Assembly (NCBI GenBank): GCA_024679065.1
Contig: JAGIQG010000017.1
Location: 37,882,001 to 37,946,000 of the forward strand
DNA: 64,000 nucleotides
Direction of reading: 5' to 3'
From: Sphyrna mokarran
Lineage: Eukaryota
In this document: piece by piece, positions 12,511 through 25,450 of the stretch
Layout of the letters: each line of letters opens with the position of its first letter
How positions within the stretch are numbered: the first letter of the stretch is position 1
Position numbers and translations under genes: made by a program
The notes under the pieces: model-generated
The model's database searches: none
What the model saw: the letters and a program-made list of their open reading frames with translations, nothing else
What the model was told of the DNA's origin: nothing

Positions 12511-12822
12511 GTAAAGTTTAAAATTTGCTTGTGGCACAATTAGGCTTACATTAACACGGCAATGAAGTTACTGCGAAAATCCCCCAAGTCGCCACACTCT
12601 GGTGCCTGTCCAGGTACATTGAGGGAGAATTTAGCATGGCCAATGCACCTAACCAGCACCTCTTTCTGACTGTGGGAAGAAACCGAAGCACCCGGAAGAA
12701 ACCCACACAAACTCAGTGAGAATGTGCAAACTCCACACAGCTAGGGGAATCGAACCCAGACCCCTGGCACTGTAAGACAACAGTACGAATCCCTATGGCA
12801 CTGTACCACTTAGTACTGCCAT
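12511..12822 (-). mobile_element. HE1-type SINE, alternative-tail subfamily
   Basis: Reverse-complement match to the copy at 11399-11675 over tail and core. Confidence 0.88.
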
Positions 12823-14117
12823 GCTGCAGTAAACTAAAGTTTGTGTTAATTTTCTGAAATTTGATTGACATTATGTTATTCTTCCTGGCTACATCTGTCT
12901 GACCATCCAAACTATCAATACCAGCCAGATTTATTGATGTTATATTTGTTGTTACGGAAGTTTAGATAACCCAGCCCAATACTACATAATGAAATTACTT
13001 ATTGTGGCTTGTTTGTTAAGTACATTTCTTTATTACGCTGACTTCAGATGGAAACAAAAGTCAAGAAAGATGTGTTATGGGTAGCTAAATCAATATTCTC
13101 AGTTTTACACTTCACCCAAACTCACAGTTGGCCCAGTGTATTTGATCAGAATCTTTGGTCCAGTCTCCCATATCTAGTAGCGGCACAACTGAGACATCAG
13201 GCACCGTAAGAAGTGCTCTAACATTCTGAGAGAGGATAAGCAATGTTGAAACAGAAAATTGTGCCATTTCTTTTAATCCCCTCAGTGAGCAGAGGGCCAA
13301 GTTTATTGAGATATTCAATTCCTCAGATCACGTAGCGTTGTGCTATTTAGATGTGTATGTTCTTTAGTTTTTCACTGTTCTCCACTTTTTGGAGTCTTTT
13401 AGACTCAGTGCCTGGCTATGAGATACATTCTGTTAAAGACATGGCCTCGTGTTCTTTTCGAAAAAAAACACTCTCCTTCCGCACCCACCAGCCCTCCCCA
13501 TCTAACCACTTCTTTGCCATTAATTCTCCTTTCCCCTACTCCACCATTCCCTCAGTCGTGGCCCTTCCTGAGATCTGTCACCAATGGACCCTTCTGCCTA
13601 CGGAGAGTTTCTACAATTAATGGAAATGGTCAGACCGCTTTTGTGGGAATCCCCATTCTCACAAAAACTCCCAGTTACATAGAACATAGAATATGTTACA
13701 ATATGAAGTGGAAGTTACAATATAAGTTACAATATGAAGTGGAAGAAATTGTTTCCACTCTCATCAGAAAAAAGTATTTGAGGAGTGAAAGACAAATGTA
13801 AAATTCAGACAGTTGGTTTGTACACTTGGTTGTGGTACTGGAGGATACTAGCACCTAACCACAAAAATATATTCAGGAACATAGAAATGGCAGAAGATAG
13901 TTTTATCTATAATACTGAATTCTGTGTTTTACTTAACCGCGTGTTAATTATTGATGTATAGTGGACCCACGTTACTACTCGATAGCTTTCTAGTCTCCCT
14001 CATTTCTAAAATCTAAAGAAAGATGCAAGCATTCATTCTTCTTTTTCTTCATTTTCAGTGTTAGCATTCATTTCGTGAGGTCTAGATGCAAAAGCAGGGA
14101 CTGCTGAGGCTTTATAG

Positions 14118-14990
14118 TTAACAGTTAGAATATTGAGAGCAATTTTGGGCTCTGTATTTAAGGAAGGATATGCTGGCCTTGGAAGGAGTCCAGAGGAAGT
14201 TCGTGAGAATGATCCCAGAAACGAAAGACTTGACATATGAGGAACGACTGAGGACTCTGGGTCTTGTCTTGATGGAGTTTAGAAGAATGAACAGGGATCT
14301 CATTGTAACTTACAGAATAATGAAAGGTCTGGGTAGAATGGATGTGAGGAAGATGTTTCATTAGTTGGAGAGACTAGGATTTGAGGACACAGCCTCAGAG
14401 TGAAGGAAAGACCCTTTCGAACTGAGGTGAGGAGGAATTTCTTCAACCAGAGGATGGTGAACCTAAGGAGTTCACTGCCACAGAAGACTGTGGAGGCCAG
14501 GTCATTGAGTATATTTAATATAGAGATAGATAGGTTCTTGATTGGTAAAGGGATCAAAGATTACAGGGAAAAAGTGGGAGAATGGATTTGTGAGTGGAAG
14601 GCAATAGCCTAATGGTATTATTGCTACAGTATTTACCCAGAAACTCAGCTAAAGTTCTGGGTATCATTGTTCAAAACCCGCCACAGCAGATGGTAGAATT
14701 TGAATTCAATAAAAAAAATCTGGAATTAAGAAACTACTGATGATCATGAAAAATCAATCTGGTTTACTGATACCTGTTCTGACATGTAACTGTAGAGCCA
14801 TAGCAATGTGGTTGACTCTCAACTGCCTCCAAGGGCAACTAGAGATAGGCAATAAATGCTGGCCAGCCAATGACACCCATGCCCCATGAATTAATTTAAA
14901 AAAAGCAACTTATCAGCCATGAATGAATGGCGGAGCAGACTCAATGAACTGAATGGCCTAATTCTGTTCCTATATCTTAAGGTCTTATCT
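14118..14990 (+). mobile_element. CR1/HER1-like LINE 3' fragment, interrupted by a SINE at about 14590-14905
   Basis: Degenerate ORF2 C-terminus LEGVQRKFVRMIP..YEERLRTLGL..RMNRDLI and FRTEVRRNFFNQRMVNL; the 3' UTR resumes at 14905 (tcagccatgaatgaatggcggagcagactc). Confidence 0.9.
14590..14905 (+). mobile_element. tRNA-derived SINE (non-HE1 family) nested in the LINE 3' UTR
   Basis: gttcaaaacccgccacagcagatgg...gcaatgtggttgactctcaactgcc...gcaataaatgctggcc; homologous to 51860-52235 in reverse. Confidence 0.75.
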
Positions 14991-15086
14991 TATTGGGTCA
15001 AATAAAGAAATAACTCTGTATTTTAAAGTTTCTTGATTAAAAAGAGAATGATTGGGCTCAGAGTTCTTCCCCTTGTTTCTTCTCCA

Positions 15087-15408
15087 TGGGTGGACAGTGA
15101 TAGCCTTTTTCCTAGGATGGAGAAAGCTAGCACGAGGGGACACAACTTTAAATTAAGGGGTATGAGTTATAGGACGGATATCAGAGGTAGGTTCTTTACT
15201 CAAAGAGTGATTAGGGAGTGGAATGCCCTGCCTGCAGCTGTTGTAGATGCGCCAAGTTTGGTGGCGTTTAAGAGGTTAGTTGATAAGTATATGGATGAGA
15301 AGGGAATGGTTTAGTTAGGAGGGGCATTGCTTTTTATTTTGGTCGGCACAACATCGAAGGCCGAAGGGCCTGTTCTGTGCTGTATTGTTCTATGTTCTAT
15401 GTTCTATA
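15087..15408 (+). mobile_element. CR1-like LINE 3' end
   Basis: LFPRMEKASTRGHNFKLRG..RGRFFTQRVIREWNALP; ends in (ttctatg)n. Confidence 0.92.
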
Positions 15409-16586
15409 TATCCTGGGTTGTTTGTTGTTATGAGATTTTCCAAAGTTACAAAAAAGCAAAATTATTCCCATTGCCTTTGGAAGCATAAAGACTATGTTTG
15501 TGCTTTTGTACACTTAAAACCAAAAAGGATATGTATTATATAAGTGCAGAGTAAGTCCACCAAAACAATACCTATGGGACATGAAGCATACTTATTCTGA
15601 ATGTTTCTGTGGTGGGGAGGATGGTTAAGTGACCCAAAAGGCTATTTTACACTGGGCAGTGGCATTCCGAGCGAATCAGAGTTGATCCAAACTGAATGTG
15701 ATAGTGCAGCATTTACGCTCACCTCTGCCCTGAAGCAATTCACATGCCAGATGACATCAAACATCAGCCCCTAACTCGCACGCTGAGGGTTTCCTCAGGG
15801 GCAGCAGGTAGCAGGGATTTGAAGGTGATTGTTTGCATCAGTCTGAATCTAATCAAAGTCAATCCCAACTGGCTTTAACCCAGCATCAGGAGGTGGGAGT
15901 TTTTATCTGAACAAAGATCTGAGTAAACAAGCCTGCACCATTTTCCTAGGAGGTTAGAATGTGAAACATTTCCAAATTGAGAACAAATACAAATTGCACC
16001 GTTGTATAAATGGGGTTAAAGTGCATGAGTGTCTGCTCTTTCAATCAGTAGAAATTTCCCTGCAGTGATTAAATCACAAATACATTAGGGGGAACCACAA
16101 AATGCTCAATGTATTCCATGAATGGGAAAGATTTGGCCGAGATATTGTTTACTTGTGGAATAAATTGAGTTTAAAGCACTCTGTTGTTTCAATGCTGGGT
16201 AATCTTTTTATTTGTTTTTTGGGATTGGTTTTCTGAAATAAAGCAATTTAAAAAATCTGAAGTATTCCCTTTGTTTTACGTTTTTGGAGGGTGTTTCTTA
16301 TTTCCCCAGAATTTCATACACCGTGTTTCAAAATTCCTCAAAGGGTCTCCTTGGCTAGTCCAGTGCTTTAAACCCTTAGATACATTGAATCATAATTACC
16401 TGGATGATTTCCATTTAATCCCTAATCTCTGCAGAGCGTCTCAGTCTCTCTGGAGCAGGGAAGTAAACATTTGGCCAGGGTTCTAGATCGTGACTGTTGC
16501 AGGGACATCTATTTATAAATAAGTAATACTTGCAGCATTTTCTGTCTTTATTTTAGATTTCTAGCATCTGCAGTATTTTGCTTTTA

Positions 16587-16880
16587 TAGAATCTCTGCAG
16601 AACAGAAAGAGGCCATTCAGCCCATTGAGCCTGAACCGATAGCAATCCCCTATGTATTTACCCTACTAATCTTCCTGAAGCAAAGGACAATTGAGCATAG
16701 CCAGTCAACCTAACCTGCACATCAATGGACTGGTGGAGGAAAACAGAGCACCTGGAGGAAACCCATGCAGACACGGGGAATACATGCAAACTTCACACAA
16801 TTACCCAAGGCCAGAATTGAATCCAAATCCCTGGCACTTTGAGGCAACAGTATTAACCACTGTGCCACCATGTTGCCCCC
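16587..16880 (-). mobile_element. HE1-type SINE
   Basis: Tail, core and head motifs on the minus strand; abuts a Penelope-tail fragment at 16533-16586. Confidence 0.85.
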
Positions 16881-17717
16881 TGTGCTAGCATGTTTTTATG
16901 AATATAGATATTGAATAGAGATTAGTTTCAGCAGTGATGACCCCATGACTCATAACAAGTCTTGCAGTCATTTTCAACCTAACGTATAGGAGATTGGGGG
17001 AGACTAAAGGGCTGCAGTGGTTCCCACCTTAGAATGTGACTTCAGGAGGAGAGTAACCCTGATATAGAGAAAATGGGGGGTATTGATTCCTTAGGGAATG
17101 GTGAAGTATTTCTTTAATTCATCCTAAAATGTTGTTAGTGAATTGCAATGTTTGTATGTCAATATTGCTCATGGCTTGAGGTAAATGTTAAAAAGAGAGT
17201 GTTTCTGCACATTTGCTCTTGAATAATGGCAAGTGAAGAAGTATGTTAACGCACTTAAACGAGAAAGAACAAAATAAATGAAGAGCAGTGGTGGAGAAGA
17301 GGGAACTTACAATTAAGATGTTATTAAACACTTGCGTGTGATGTTTTTCACAACACACGTGTGACCATGCCTGCTTAATTATATCCAGAATAACAAAACC
17401 TTTCTTACTTATGAAGAATGGCAACCAGTCTACTGCTGAAATATTGTCACATTGATATACCATGTGACCACTAAATAACTTTATTGTTCAGTTTCATAAG
17501 TATGAATAAAGCTTGGGATTCTAATAACTGAAGCTAACCATTACAGTCCTTACATGTGATAATGTTTTGGTGTTTGGCTCTCGATTTCCAGTTATATGCT
17601 GGGACAGTTTTTGAGGCACTTAGTTACAAAGTGAGTGCATCATGGTGGTTGAACAAACCTAGAATTAGGGCAGCTCATCATGCATCATTTTCTTCTGAAA
17701 TGTAATTTTCTGCAGTT

Positions 17718-18064
17718 AGAACCGTAGAATCCCCTACTGTGCAGAAAGAGGCCATTAAACCCATCGAGTTTGTACTGACTCTGTGAAAGAGCATTCTACA
17801 CAGGTCCGCCATGCCTCCCATTCTCATAACCTCCACACATTTACCATGGCTAATCCACCTAACCTATACATCCTCGGATACTAACGGGCAATTTAGTATG
17901 ACCAGTCCACCCATATTTGGACTGAGGGAGGAAATCAGAGCACCAGGAGAAGACCCACATAGACATGGCAAGAATGTGCAGACTCCAGACAGACGGTCAC
18001 CCAAGGCCAGGATCGAATCTGGGTCTCTGGCACTATAAGGCAGCAATGCTAACCACTGTGCCAC
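17718..18064 (-). mobile_element. HE1-type SINE
   Basis: Head gtggcacagtggttagcattgctgcc on the minus strand; HER1-like tail. Confidence 0.88.
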
Positions 18065-18549
18065 ATTTTATTGACAGTGCATGACCCACTTGGTTGTAAA
18101 ACTATTTAAATAACCACCTCGTGCAGTTCTGAGAGATTTACCTCAGACTTGCTCATTGTACTTCAGTGTTACTTGGAATGGTATTACCCAGTTGATGAGA
18201 GGTGGGAACTTTTAAAAGAGATCAGGTTTTGTTCAGTTTTTTTTCATTGTTGCAATGTTTGCTGTGCAATTTTGGTGCTGTGTTTATTTTTTCTAAAATA
18301 ACTTTTTTTGGAGAATTTTTAATGTGTTTTTAAAAGCTTTTGAGGTAAATTTGTGGTTGAGGAGATACAAGGGGATATCTTTTCACAGTATTCTTGGTTG
18401 AGGAGATACAAGTTAATAAAGAAGGCTTGAGCAGGAGGGACAATAAACACCAGACCATATTTGTAAACCTCAGCATCATTGAAGGCTATAATGGAAGATA
18501 ATTCTCTTACAACTTGCTGCGGTTATCAACAAGCCAGATTTTGACATCA

Positions 18550-18645
18550 TAAAAGCAGAAAATTCTGGAAATACCTATCGGATTAGGCAGCATCCACGGA
18601 GCAACAAAAAGTTAATGTTTCAGATTATTAGTGCTTCATCAGATT
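18550..18645 (-). mobile_element. Degenerate Penelope-like terminal fragment
   Basis: Minus strand tCTGATGAagc...ctGAAAcattaac followed by the same tail as 10161-10296. Confidence 0.55.
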
Positions 18646-19359
18646 TTTGTCATATATCTGTTGGCATGAAAAGTATTTTAAGTTCCTTTCCTATTGAATA
18701 GCTTGAAACCACTATCAAACACAACTGCAATGATACATTTCCAAAGTACAGGGTTCACTGATGCTTACCATGTGATTGACCTGAAGTCTATGTTGGGTGC
18801 CAGTAAGTAACTATATCATGTCGCATTTGCTTAACATGTCAACCGATTGGAAATCTTAAGAGTAGCAAGTTTTTAAAGTTTCAGATGGGATATTCTCTCT
18901 GAAGCATGGGCCTGTGTCAGATGTATTGAAAAAGCTGCCAGGTGGAGGGGGAGTGTGATAAAGCAAAGTGGTACATGGGAAATAGTTTGACGTGAAACAC
19001 CTTGCAGAATTTATCTTGAGTCATCCGTCCATTAACGGGCTGCAGCTGGGCACTTGTGCTGGCATCACCACGTCATGATCATCTATAGAAAGTCCACCAG
19101 AACTGGAACACAGGAGCTGACTAAGTTTAAAATTGGTCTCCTTCAGGAATGCCGAAAACCATCTTGAAAAATTTCTGGGAAAGTGTTCCATTATGTTAAA
19201 GGTACTGTGTCAGTACAAGTTGTTGTTGCTTTTGACCCTGCCCACACAACTCCGTGAGTCTCGTGGTTTTTTGAGGCTTCCATGCAATCCAGGGAACTGT
19301 AGACATGACCCATGCAGCAAGCCAAATTCAAGTGAAGTTCCGCAAATCGATTGTATGTA

Positions 19360-20200
19360 ATTGATGCTTGTTGTTCTGACCAAGGCTTTTGACACAATAA
19401 AATGCGAAGCCTGTGAAAGGTTCTGTACCAATATGACTGGCTTTAAAAGATGATTAGTGTCATTTGCTCATTTAACAACAGTGTGATGCAAAGTAGTTGT
19501 CATTAAATGCTATTCCTGTTACCAACGGCAATGTGTATCGGTTGCAGCTCAGTTTCCCATATACTTCTCGGCCATGCTGTAGTCCACAAACACAGGAGTA
19601 CATGCTCAATTCAGGATTCAAGACAGATGGCACCCTCTTCAATTTGCAAAGGCTTAAGGCTTGTACCTGGATCATTGAACAGTTTCTGAGTGAACTCTTG
19701 TTCGTGGACAATTTAACTCTTATAGCACACAAGTATTCAGCTGCTTGTTGGTCACTTTCCCCTAACTTTTTGACCTGACAATAAGAAGACTGAGATTTTG
19801 TATCATCTGCCCCGATCAGGTGCTCAAGATATCACAGTCATTATCAAAAAGACACCTCTCCGTTCAGTCCAGAGGTTTTTCTACCTTGGGAGTCTCCTTA
19901 TCAGAAACACTATGTTAGATGAGGAAAGCAATCTACTTTGTAAGAGCAAGCTTAGTATTTGACAGCCTCAGATTTTGGAAAGTTAATGGAGTTTGCCTCA
20001 GAACAAAAATCAAAGCTGATCTGACAGTGGTTCCTTAATCACTTCGGTATGGATGTGAGACCCACTGACATCGCACAAAATAACTAGAAATGTGCCATCA
20101 CCGTTGCCTGAGATCTATTTACAAAGTCAGATGGCAGACAACATCTGCATCACTCAGGTTCTTGCAAAGTGCTGCATATCTGGCTTTGAGAGCATGCTCA
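19360..20200 (+). mobile_element. Degenerate RTE-clade LINE reverse transcriptase fragment
   Basis: Frame-broken motifs LTKAFDTI, FKTDGTLFNLQRLKA, ELLFVDN (for ELLFADD), FFYLGS, HHRCLRSI. Confidence 0.8.
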
Positions 20201-20204
20201 TCAG

Positions 20205-20315
20205 GGCTTAGTTTTCTGGAGTTTCGAGTTTCTCCCACAGTCCGAAAGATTTGCTGGTTATGTGCATTGGCCATGCATGCTCAATGGGCTGAAAGGCTTC
20301 CTTCTGCACTGTAAT
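20205..20315 (+). mobile_element. HE1-type SINE fragment
   Basis: tctcccacagtccgaaagat...cattggccatgc fused to tail ctcaatgggctgaaaggcttccttctgcactgta. Confidence 0.7.
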
Positions 20316-20612
20316 CTTTTCCAACCCCCATAATCCTCTGAGATATCTGCACTCCACTAATTCTGGCCTCTTGAGATATCCCGATATTAGTTACTCTACA
20401 ATTGGTGGCAGCAGTTTCAGTTGTCTTGGTTTGGAGCTCTGGAATATGCTCCCTACACCTCTCCATCTCTCTTTACCTCACTCTCTCCTTCAATACACTT
20501 ATTTAAACCTGTCTCTTTGACAAATGGTTAGCCAAGTGACTGAATGTCTCATGTGTCTTGGTGCCATATTTTGTTCCATAACTGCACCTGTCAAACACCT
20601 TAGGATATTTTC
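20316..20612 (+). mobile_element. L2-like LINE 3' fragment
   Basis: Reverse-complement homology to 50730-51360 and 27060-27370 (ctggcctcttgag, ctctggaat..ctcccta, ctctttgacaaa). Confidence 0.65.
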
Positions 20613-20619
20613 CTGCTTT

Positions 20620-21500
20620 TAGCCACTTTGCTGGCCACATCAATATCATGTTGGCCTCTCCTTTGATGGTTAGATGCTGCTGCCTGTGCAATTTCATCAT
20701 CGTCTTCTGCGTGAGAGAAAAGCATGCAGTGAGTAATGTGCTCATTATGGTTGAATATCTGGTAATGTGTGCAAACCACGATGTAGGATTGCAGCAGTGC
20801 TCAGTGCGTAAGGTTGAGGTGAAGCTATGATTGTGAAGTATGGGTCATGGTTGATAGAGGTTGATGCTAGATGAGTGTAGATGAATGGTGTATTGGGCTG
20901 AGTATGAGGTTAGTGGTGCAGCTGGTGGGATGTAAGATTTAAAAACTTATTCTGCCCTTGACCACGCATGTGAAGTGATTAAACTTCTCACACCACTACA
21001 TCCAGTTCCTCTCGCACAGTCTGTCCCAGCGCTCACTCCCACCACTCTCCATCCCTGCCTCCTTTCCCCAAAGGTCATTACTGGTAACCCCGGCTCCCTG
21101 TTCATCCTGAACCACCACCACAATGCCAAACTATGCCAGCAGGCAATACTGAAGGGTATTGCCAGGCCAATGTCTGGCCATGAGCCTGGTCACCATACTT
21201 ACTTTTAAGACCCTGGGGAGACTTCTGCAGCAGGTTCAGGCTTAGGTAAACCTGTTGTAAGTGGCGCCAGGGTGACAGCATACTGGTGATTGCTGAATAC
21301 CTGGTGACTTGGAGGGTGTGGGTGGCATCCCGGAGAGAGTGCTTGCTAATGCAATGCAATTGAATTAAAATGAGCTTTCTGCAGTCCCATAGCATTTCAC
21401 AGCACTCGAGTGGCACACAGCCAATAAGATTGAAACTTGGAAACTTGCCTGCATGCATCATGTTCTCTGGGTTTTGATCGCATGCCACTGTTCCCACAGA
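20620..21500 (-). mobile_element. Degenerate PIF/Harbinger-type element (Myb/SANT ORF remnant)
   Basis: Minus strand near 20960-21000 reads like QCRKKFN.L (gtgtgagaagtttaatcac); similar to 35590-35830. Confidence 0.45.
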
Positions 21501-22019
21501 CGGATAGTTGGGCTCAAGTCCTCCCCTGTTAACTCTGTTCCTTCAGATGCTAACTTACTGGCTGAGTATTTCTAGCATTTTCCGTTTTATTTTAGCTTTC
21601 CATTGATCACAGTATTTTGCTTCAGTCATGTGAAATCCGGTTAAACCTTCCACAATTCTAGGCCCATTCCTCAGATAAGAAGATACTAACGCTGCATAAA
21701 GCACTGTCAGCAGGCAGCAATCATGTAATTGAACAAATGATAACAAGTTTAAATGCTGCCTGCATCGGAAAGAACTGACACAGATTGCAATCCTGTGCCC
21801 ATTTTCAGGAGTTGTTGAATTTTGCTCCTGGTATCAAAAATGAGAATTCATGTTATTAGGGTGGGTTTCAAAGACATATCTGAAATGTAACGTGACAAAT
21901 TACTGTATAAAACATAATATTATATCCATGGTAAAGATTGCTGATGGGAAACCTTTTTGGGTCAAACGATCCAAGGGATCTCCACCTTCATCAGAAATGC
22001 AGTAGCAAGTAGAATGAGA

Positions 22020-22265
22020 CGCAGGTTCGATTCCAGGCTTGGGTCACTGTCTATGCAAAGTTTGCATGTTCTCCCCGTGCCTGCGTGAGTTTCCTCCAGG
22101 TGCTCTGGTTTCCTCCCACAGTTTGATTAGGTGTATTGGCCATGCTAAATTTTCCCTCAGTGTACCCGAACAGGTGCCAGAGTATGGCGACTAGGGGATT
22201 TTCACAGTAACTTCATTGCAATGTCAATGTAAGTCTATTCGTGACACTAATAAATAAAGTTTAAT
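22020..22265 (+). mobile_element. HE1-type SINE, alternative-tail subfamily
   Basis: B-box ggttcgattcc, core, and tail gtacccgaacaggtgccagagtatggcgactaggggattttcacagtaac. Confidence 0.88.
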
Positions 22266-24649
22266 CTTTTAGAAGAGCAGATATAACCCAGAAATTGCAA
22301 TACTTTGGGATTTGGATTGTGAAAGGCAAGGTAGTTGAGACCAACAAAGCCAAATAGCTCTCACCTTCCCACTCCTTGCCCTGCCACTATTTCCAGCAGT
22401 AGCAACGGAAGAATATTTCCACTGATCTCTGTCCTCTTATAATTGTACAATGATAGGAAATGGTTAAGCATCTTTAATTGGGTGAGATCGGACCTCAGTT
22501 TTTCAGATGTTCCTTCTCCCCTCGAGATGAAGGTTTTCGGAAGGCTGATGATGAAGCAGCACATTCCACTTGCTGCTGCTTCTCCGACTGTGAACGCACC
22601 ACTTCATTTCTTTCACGTTCACTGTGTTGCAGTAGAATTCATTACGTTTGATTTCATTGCGATGCAAGAAGGTGAGCAGCTTCTCTGGATCAACTTCATG
22701 GGAAAGATAAATGATTTAATGAGCCATTTGAGATAATCTAATCTTCATGGTCTGGTTATACACAGAGTGGTGTGATCACTAAAAACAAACTGCCCTTCTT
22801 CAGGATGAATGTTCCTATACCAAATTCCCCCCAAAAAATCTATTGCATCCTTCATCAACCACTAGTCTTGTACCAGGTTGACAGAAATTTAATTCAAGTC
22901 AGCTCTTGAAAATAATTATTGTATTTTGAGAGCAGTAATCATTGGTTTGGACATGATTGAATGTGTCCATGCCTATTGACTTTTTCTATGATTTATAGGT
23001 TTGTTTAGTCGATATTCCCATCTAAATTGTATAATTAATTATAAGTGTAGCTGTCAGGTCAGAGGATGGAATGCACTGATGAGTATTTGGGAAGATTAAA
23101 TTTTCTTTTGCCATACAGATGTAGAATTGGGAATTTCACGGTCCGGCTGTGGATAGAGTTGTTCTTGGTGCCTGCTTATTTAGTCTCTGACTTGCTGCAT
23201 GCTGAAGTGTCATTGATTTTTGGGCTTTATCTGTGTGCTGTCTCTCCAGTAACACTGGAATCTATTTAAATTGAACAATCACTGACAAACTTTCTTGTCA
23301 GTTAAATGCTTTGTCACTGTCCCCTTAGTCTCTCGCACACACAGTCCACTAAAGCACAATCTTATCCTTGCAATACTTTTTGATACGTTCCCTTTTTGGT
23401 GCACAACAAAAAAAAATCTTCTTGCAAATATTTTGCTGTTGGAGAAGTGCTTTGCAATGATTTGAATTTGATATTGCCGTTTAATCATTTGGTTCCGACA
23501 TCATCATGCTTTTGTCACTATGACTTAAGAATGGCACTACAGGATGCTGTTTTCTAACATGGATTAACCCTTAAAGGGCCATATAATACATTTGCTCTGC
23601 CACTTTTCTCTAAGGTGCTCTTTACTGAGTGTTTAAAAAGGAGAAAAATAAGTTGTCGAAAGTCTACCTTTAATTTTTGTTATATTCCAGCAACATTATA
23701 AATAAAGCTTTACAATTATTCTTCCAAGTTTTATGACATTACAACAAAATGTTATATATTAGTAAAGTATTGGAGAATAGAGACTATTGAACTAAAGTTG
23801 GATGGCTTTAATGTTGATCATAAAATTCTGGCTGTAGGAACTCTGACACATTGAACTATCTTTGAGCACGTTATTAAATCCATATTTAGGTCTCTTAATT
23901 AATAGGGTTTTTCAAACTTTCCTAATGTTCCTAAAGGACTGAATCATCTTTGATATGCCTCAGATAACCATAATCAGTGGAAGAATTGCTATTATTCTTC
24001 AAGAACCAGATAGCCTTCAAGCCCAAGTTGAACTGGAGCTGCTGAAGAACTGTTGTGTTGCAACAGGATGCTGTTTGGTGTGGATGGGTTCCTGAAGTGT
24101 GAGTTTTGTATAGTCATAAGTCAAATGTGAAACTGCTGGGACTTGCTAAGATTAGGTAACTAGAAAGATCTGCAGGCAAAGTTGATAGCATAGTGGCCAT
24201 GGAGATCCAGAATGGCATCTATATGAGCCATCTGTACTCTATTGAGGGTGTAGTGAGAGCTGCTGGAAACATGACGAGTGGATAGGTAATAATACTATCA
24301 ATATCTAATGCTGACCTGACAATAGCAATGCCATTTTGGAGTTTCTTAATCATATATGTCTGGACACACAGCAGCAGGAAAACCTCATAACCAACCCTAA
24401 ATGCACTGAAACATTATTTCAGAAGATCATAGCTACTTAGTGGTTAGTTGCTAATTGATTTTAAGTTACTAATGTCTACAGGGAGTGGTGTGGCTGCTGT
24501 TGTGGTTCTGATTTCAAGTTTTCTGTATAAAGCAACTTCACCCAGATGCAAGTGCAGTAGTAGGGATTCACAGTGAAATACTCTATCACCAAGAGAATTG
24601 ATGGAGACCATGCAACATAGAAAAATCAGAGAAATGAAAAGGAGGAAAG

Positions 24650-25450
24650 TACTCTCAGCGAAAAGTGATGTCTACCAGGTATATTCAAAGAGGAATTGTC
24701 CGACCTGAACCTCAGTGAGGAACAGTGTGCAATTAGGAGTTCATGACTGAAATTTGCCTTCCTGCTGCAGCCATAATGACAATCTCGGATGTGGGTCAGG
24801 ATGTTGCCAGTGGCCATCCACTGTTGTCTAAGAGCAATCTCTCTACTCAAAGAGAGCTAACCACATTTCATTCTCTCTTGCAGAGAGGGTAAACAGGCAG
24901 GTTTGTTAGGGTTATAGGCTTCTCAGAGATACAGAATGCCACTGATTGCACACATATTGCTTTGCCAGCACCACCGGCCAACTATGAGATGGATTCTACT
25001 CCCTCGGTGTCCAGCTGGTGTGTGACTATACATGGTACATGGTGGCACAGTGACTAACACTGCTGCCTCGCTGTGTCAAAGAGCTGAGTTCGATTTCCAG
25101 CTTGTGTCACTATCTAAGTGGAGTTTGCACATTCTCCTTGAGTCTGTATGGGTTTCCTCCAGATGGTGTGGTTTGCTCCCACAGTCCAAAAGACGTGCTG
25201 GCTAGGTGCATTAACCATGCTAAATTCTCCCTCAGTGAACCTGAAAAGGCGCCAGAGTATGGCAACTAGGGGATTTTCACAGTAACTTCATTGCAGTATT
25301 AATGCAAGCCAACTTGTCACTAAAGAATAATAAATAAACATACACACAAGCATCATGCAGGCCAATACCTGCCATTCTGTCAATAATCCTGATGTTTTAA
25401 TTCTGTGACAGACCTCGACCGGCTGTATTCGAACTACCTCTGAGCAGTAT
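24650..25450 (+). mobile_element. Degenerate Harbinger (HARBI1-like DDE) transposase remnant, interrupted by a SINE
   Basis: gattgcacacatattgct = DCTHIA (family motif GAIDCTHI); ggattctactccctcggtgtccagctggtgtgtgac = GFYSLGVQLVCD; LNLSEEQC upstream. Confidence 0.75.
25032..25340 (+). mobile_element. HE1-type SINE, alternative-tail subfamily
   Basis: Full head, core and ctaggggg attttcacagtaacttcattgcag tail. Confidence 0.88.

Noticed and set aside
13695-13745. gttacaatatgaagtggaag repeated, superficially CRISPR-like
   Set aside because: Two copies plus a partial third with no unique spacers, in a vertebrate intron; simple slippage duplication.
22535-22590. CTGATGA plus hairpin as a hammerhead
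   Set aside because: No GAAA after the stem.
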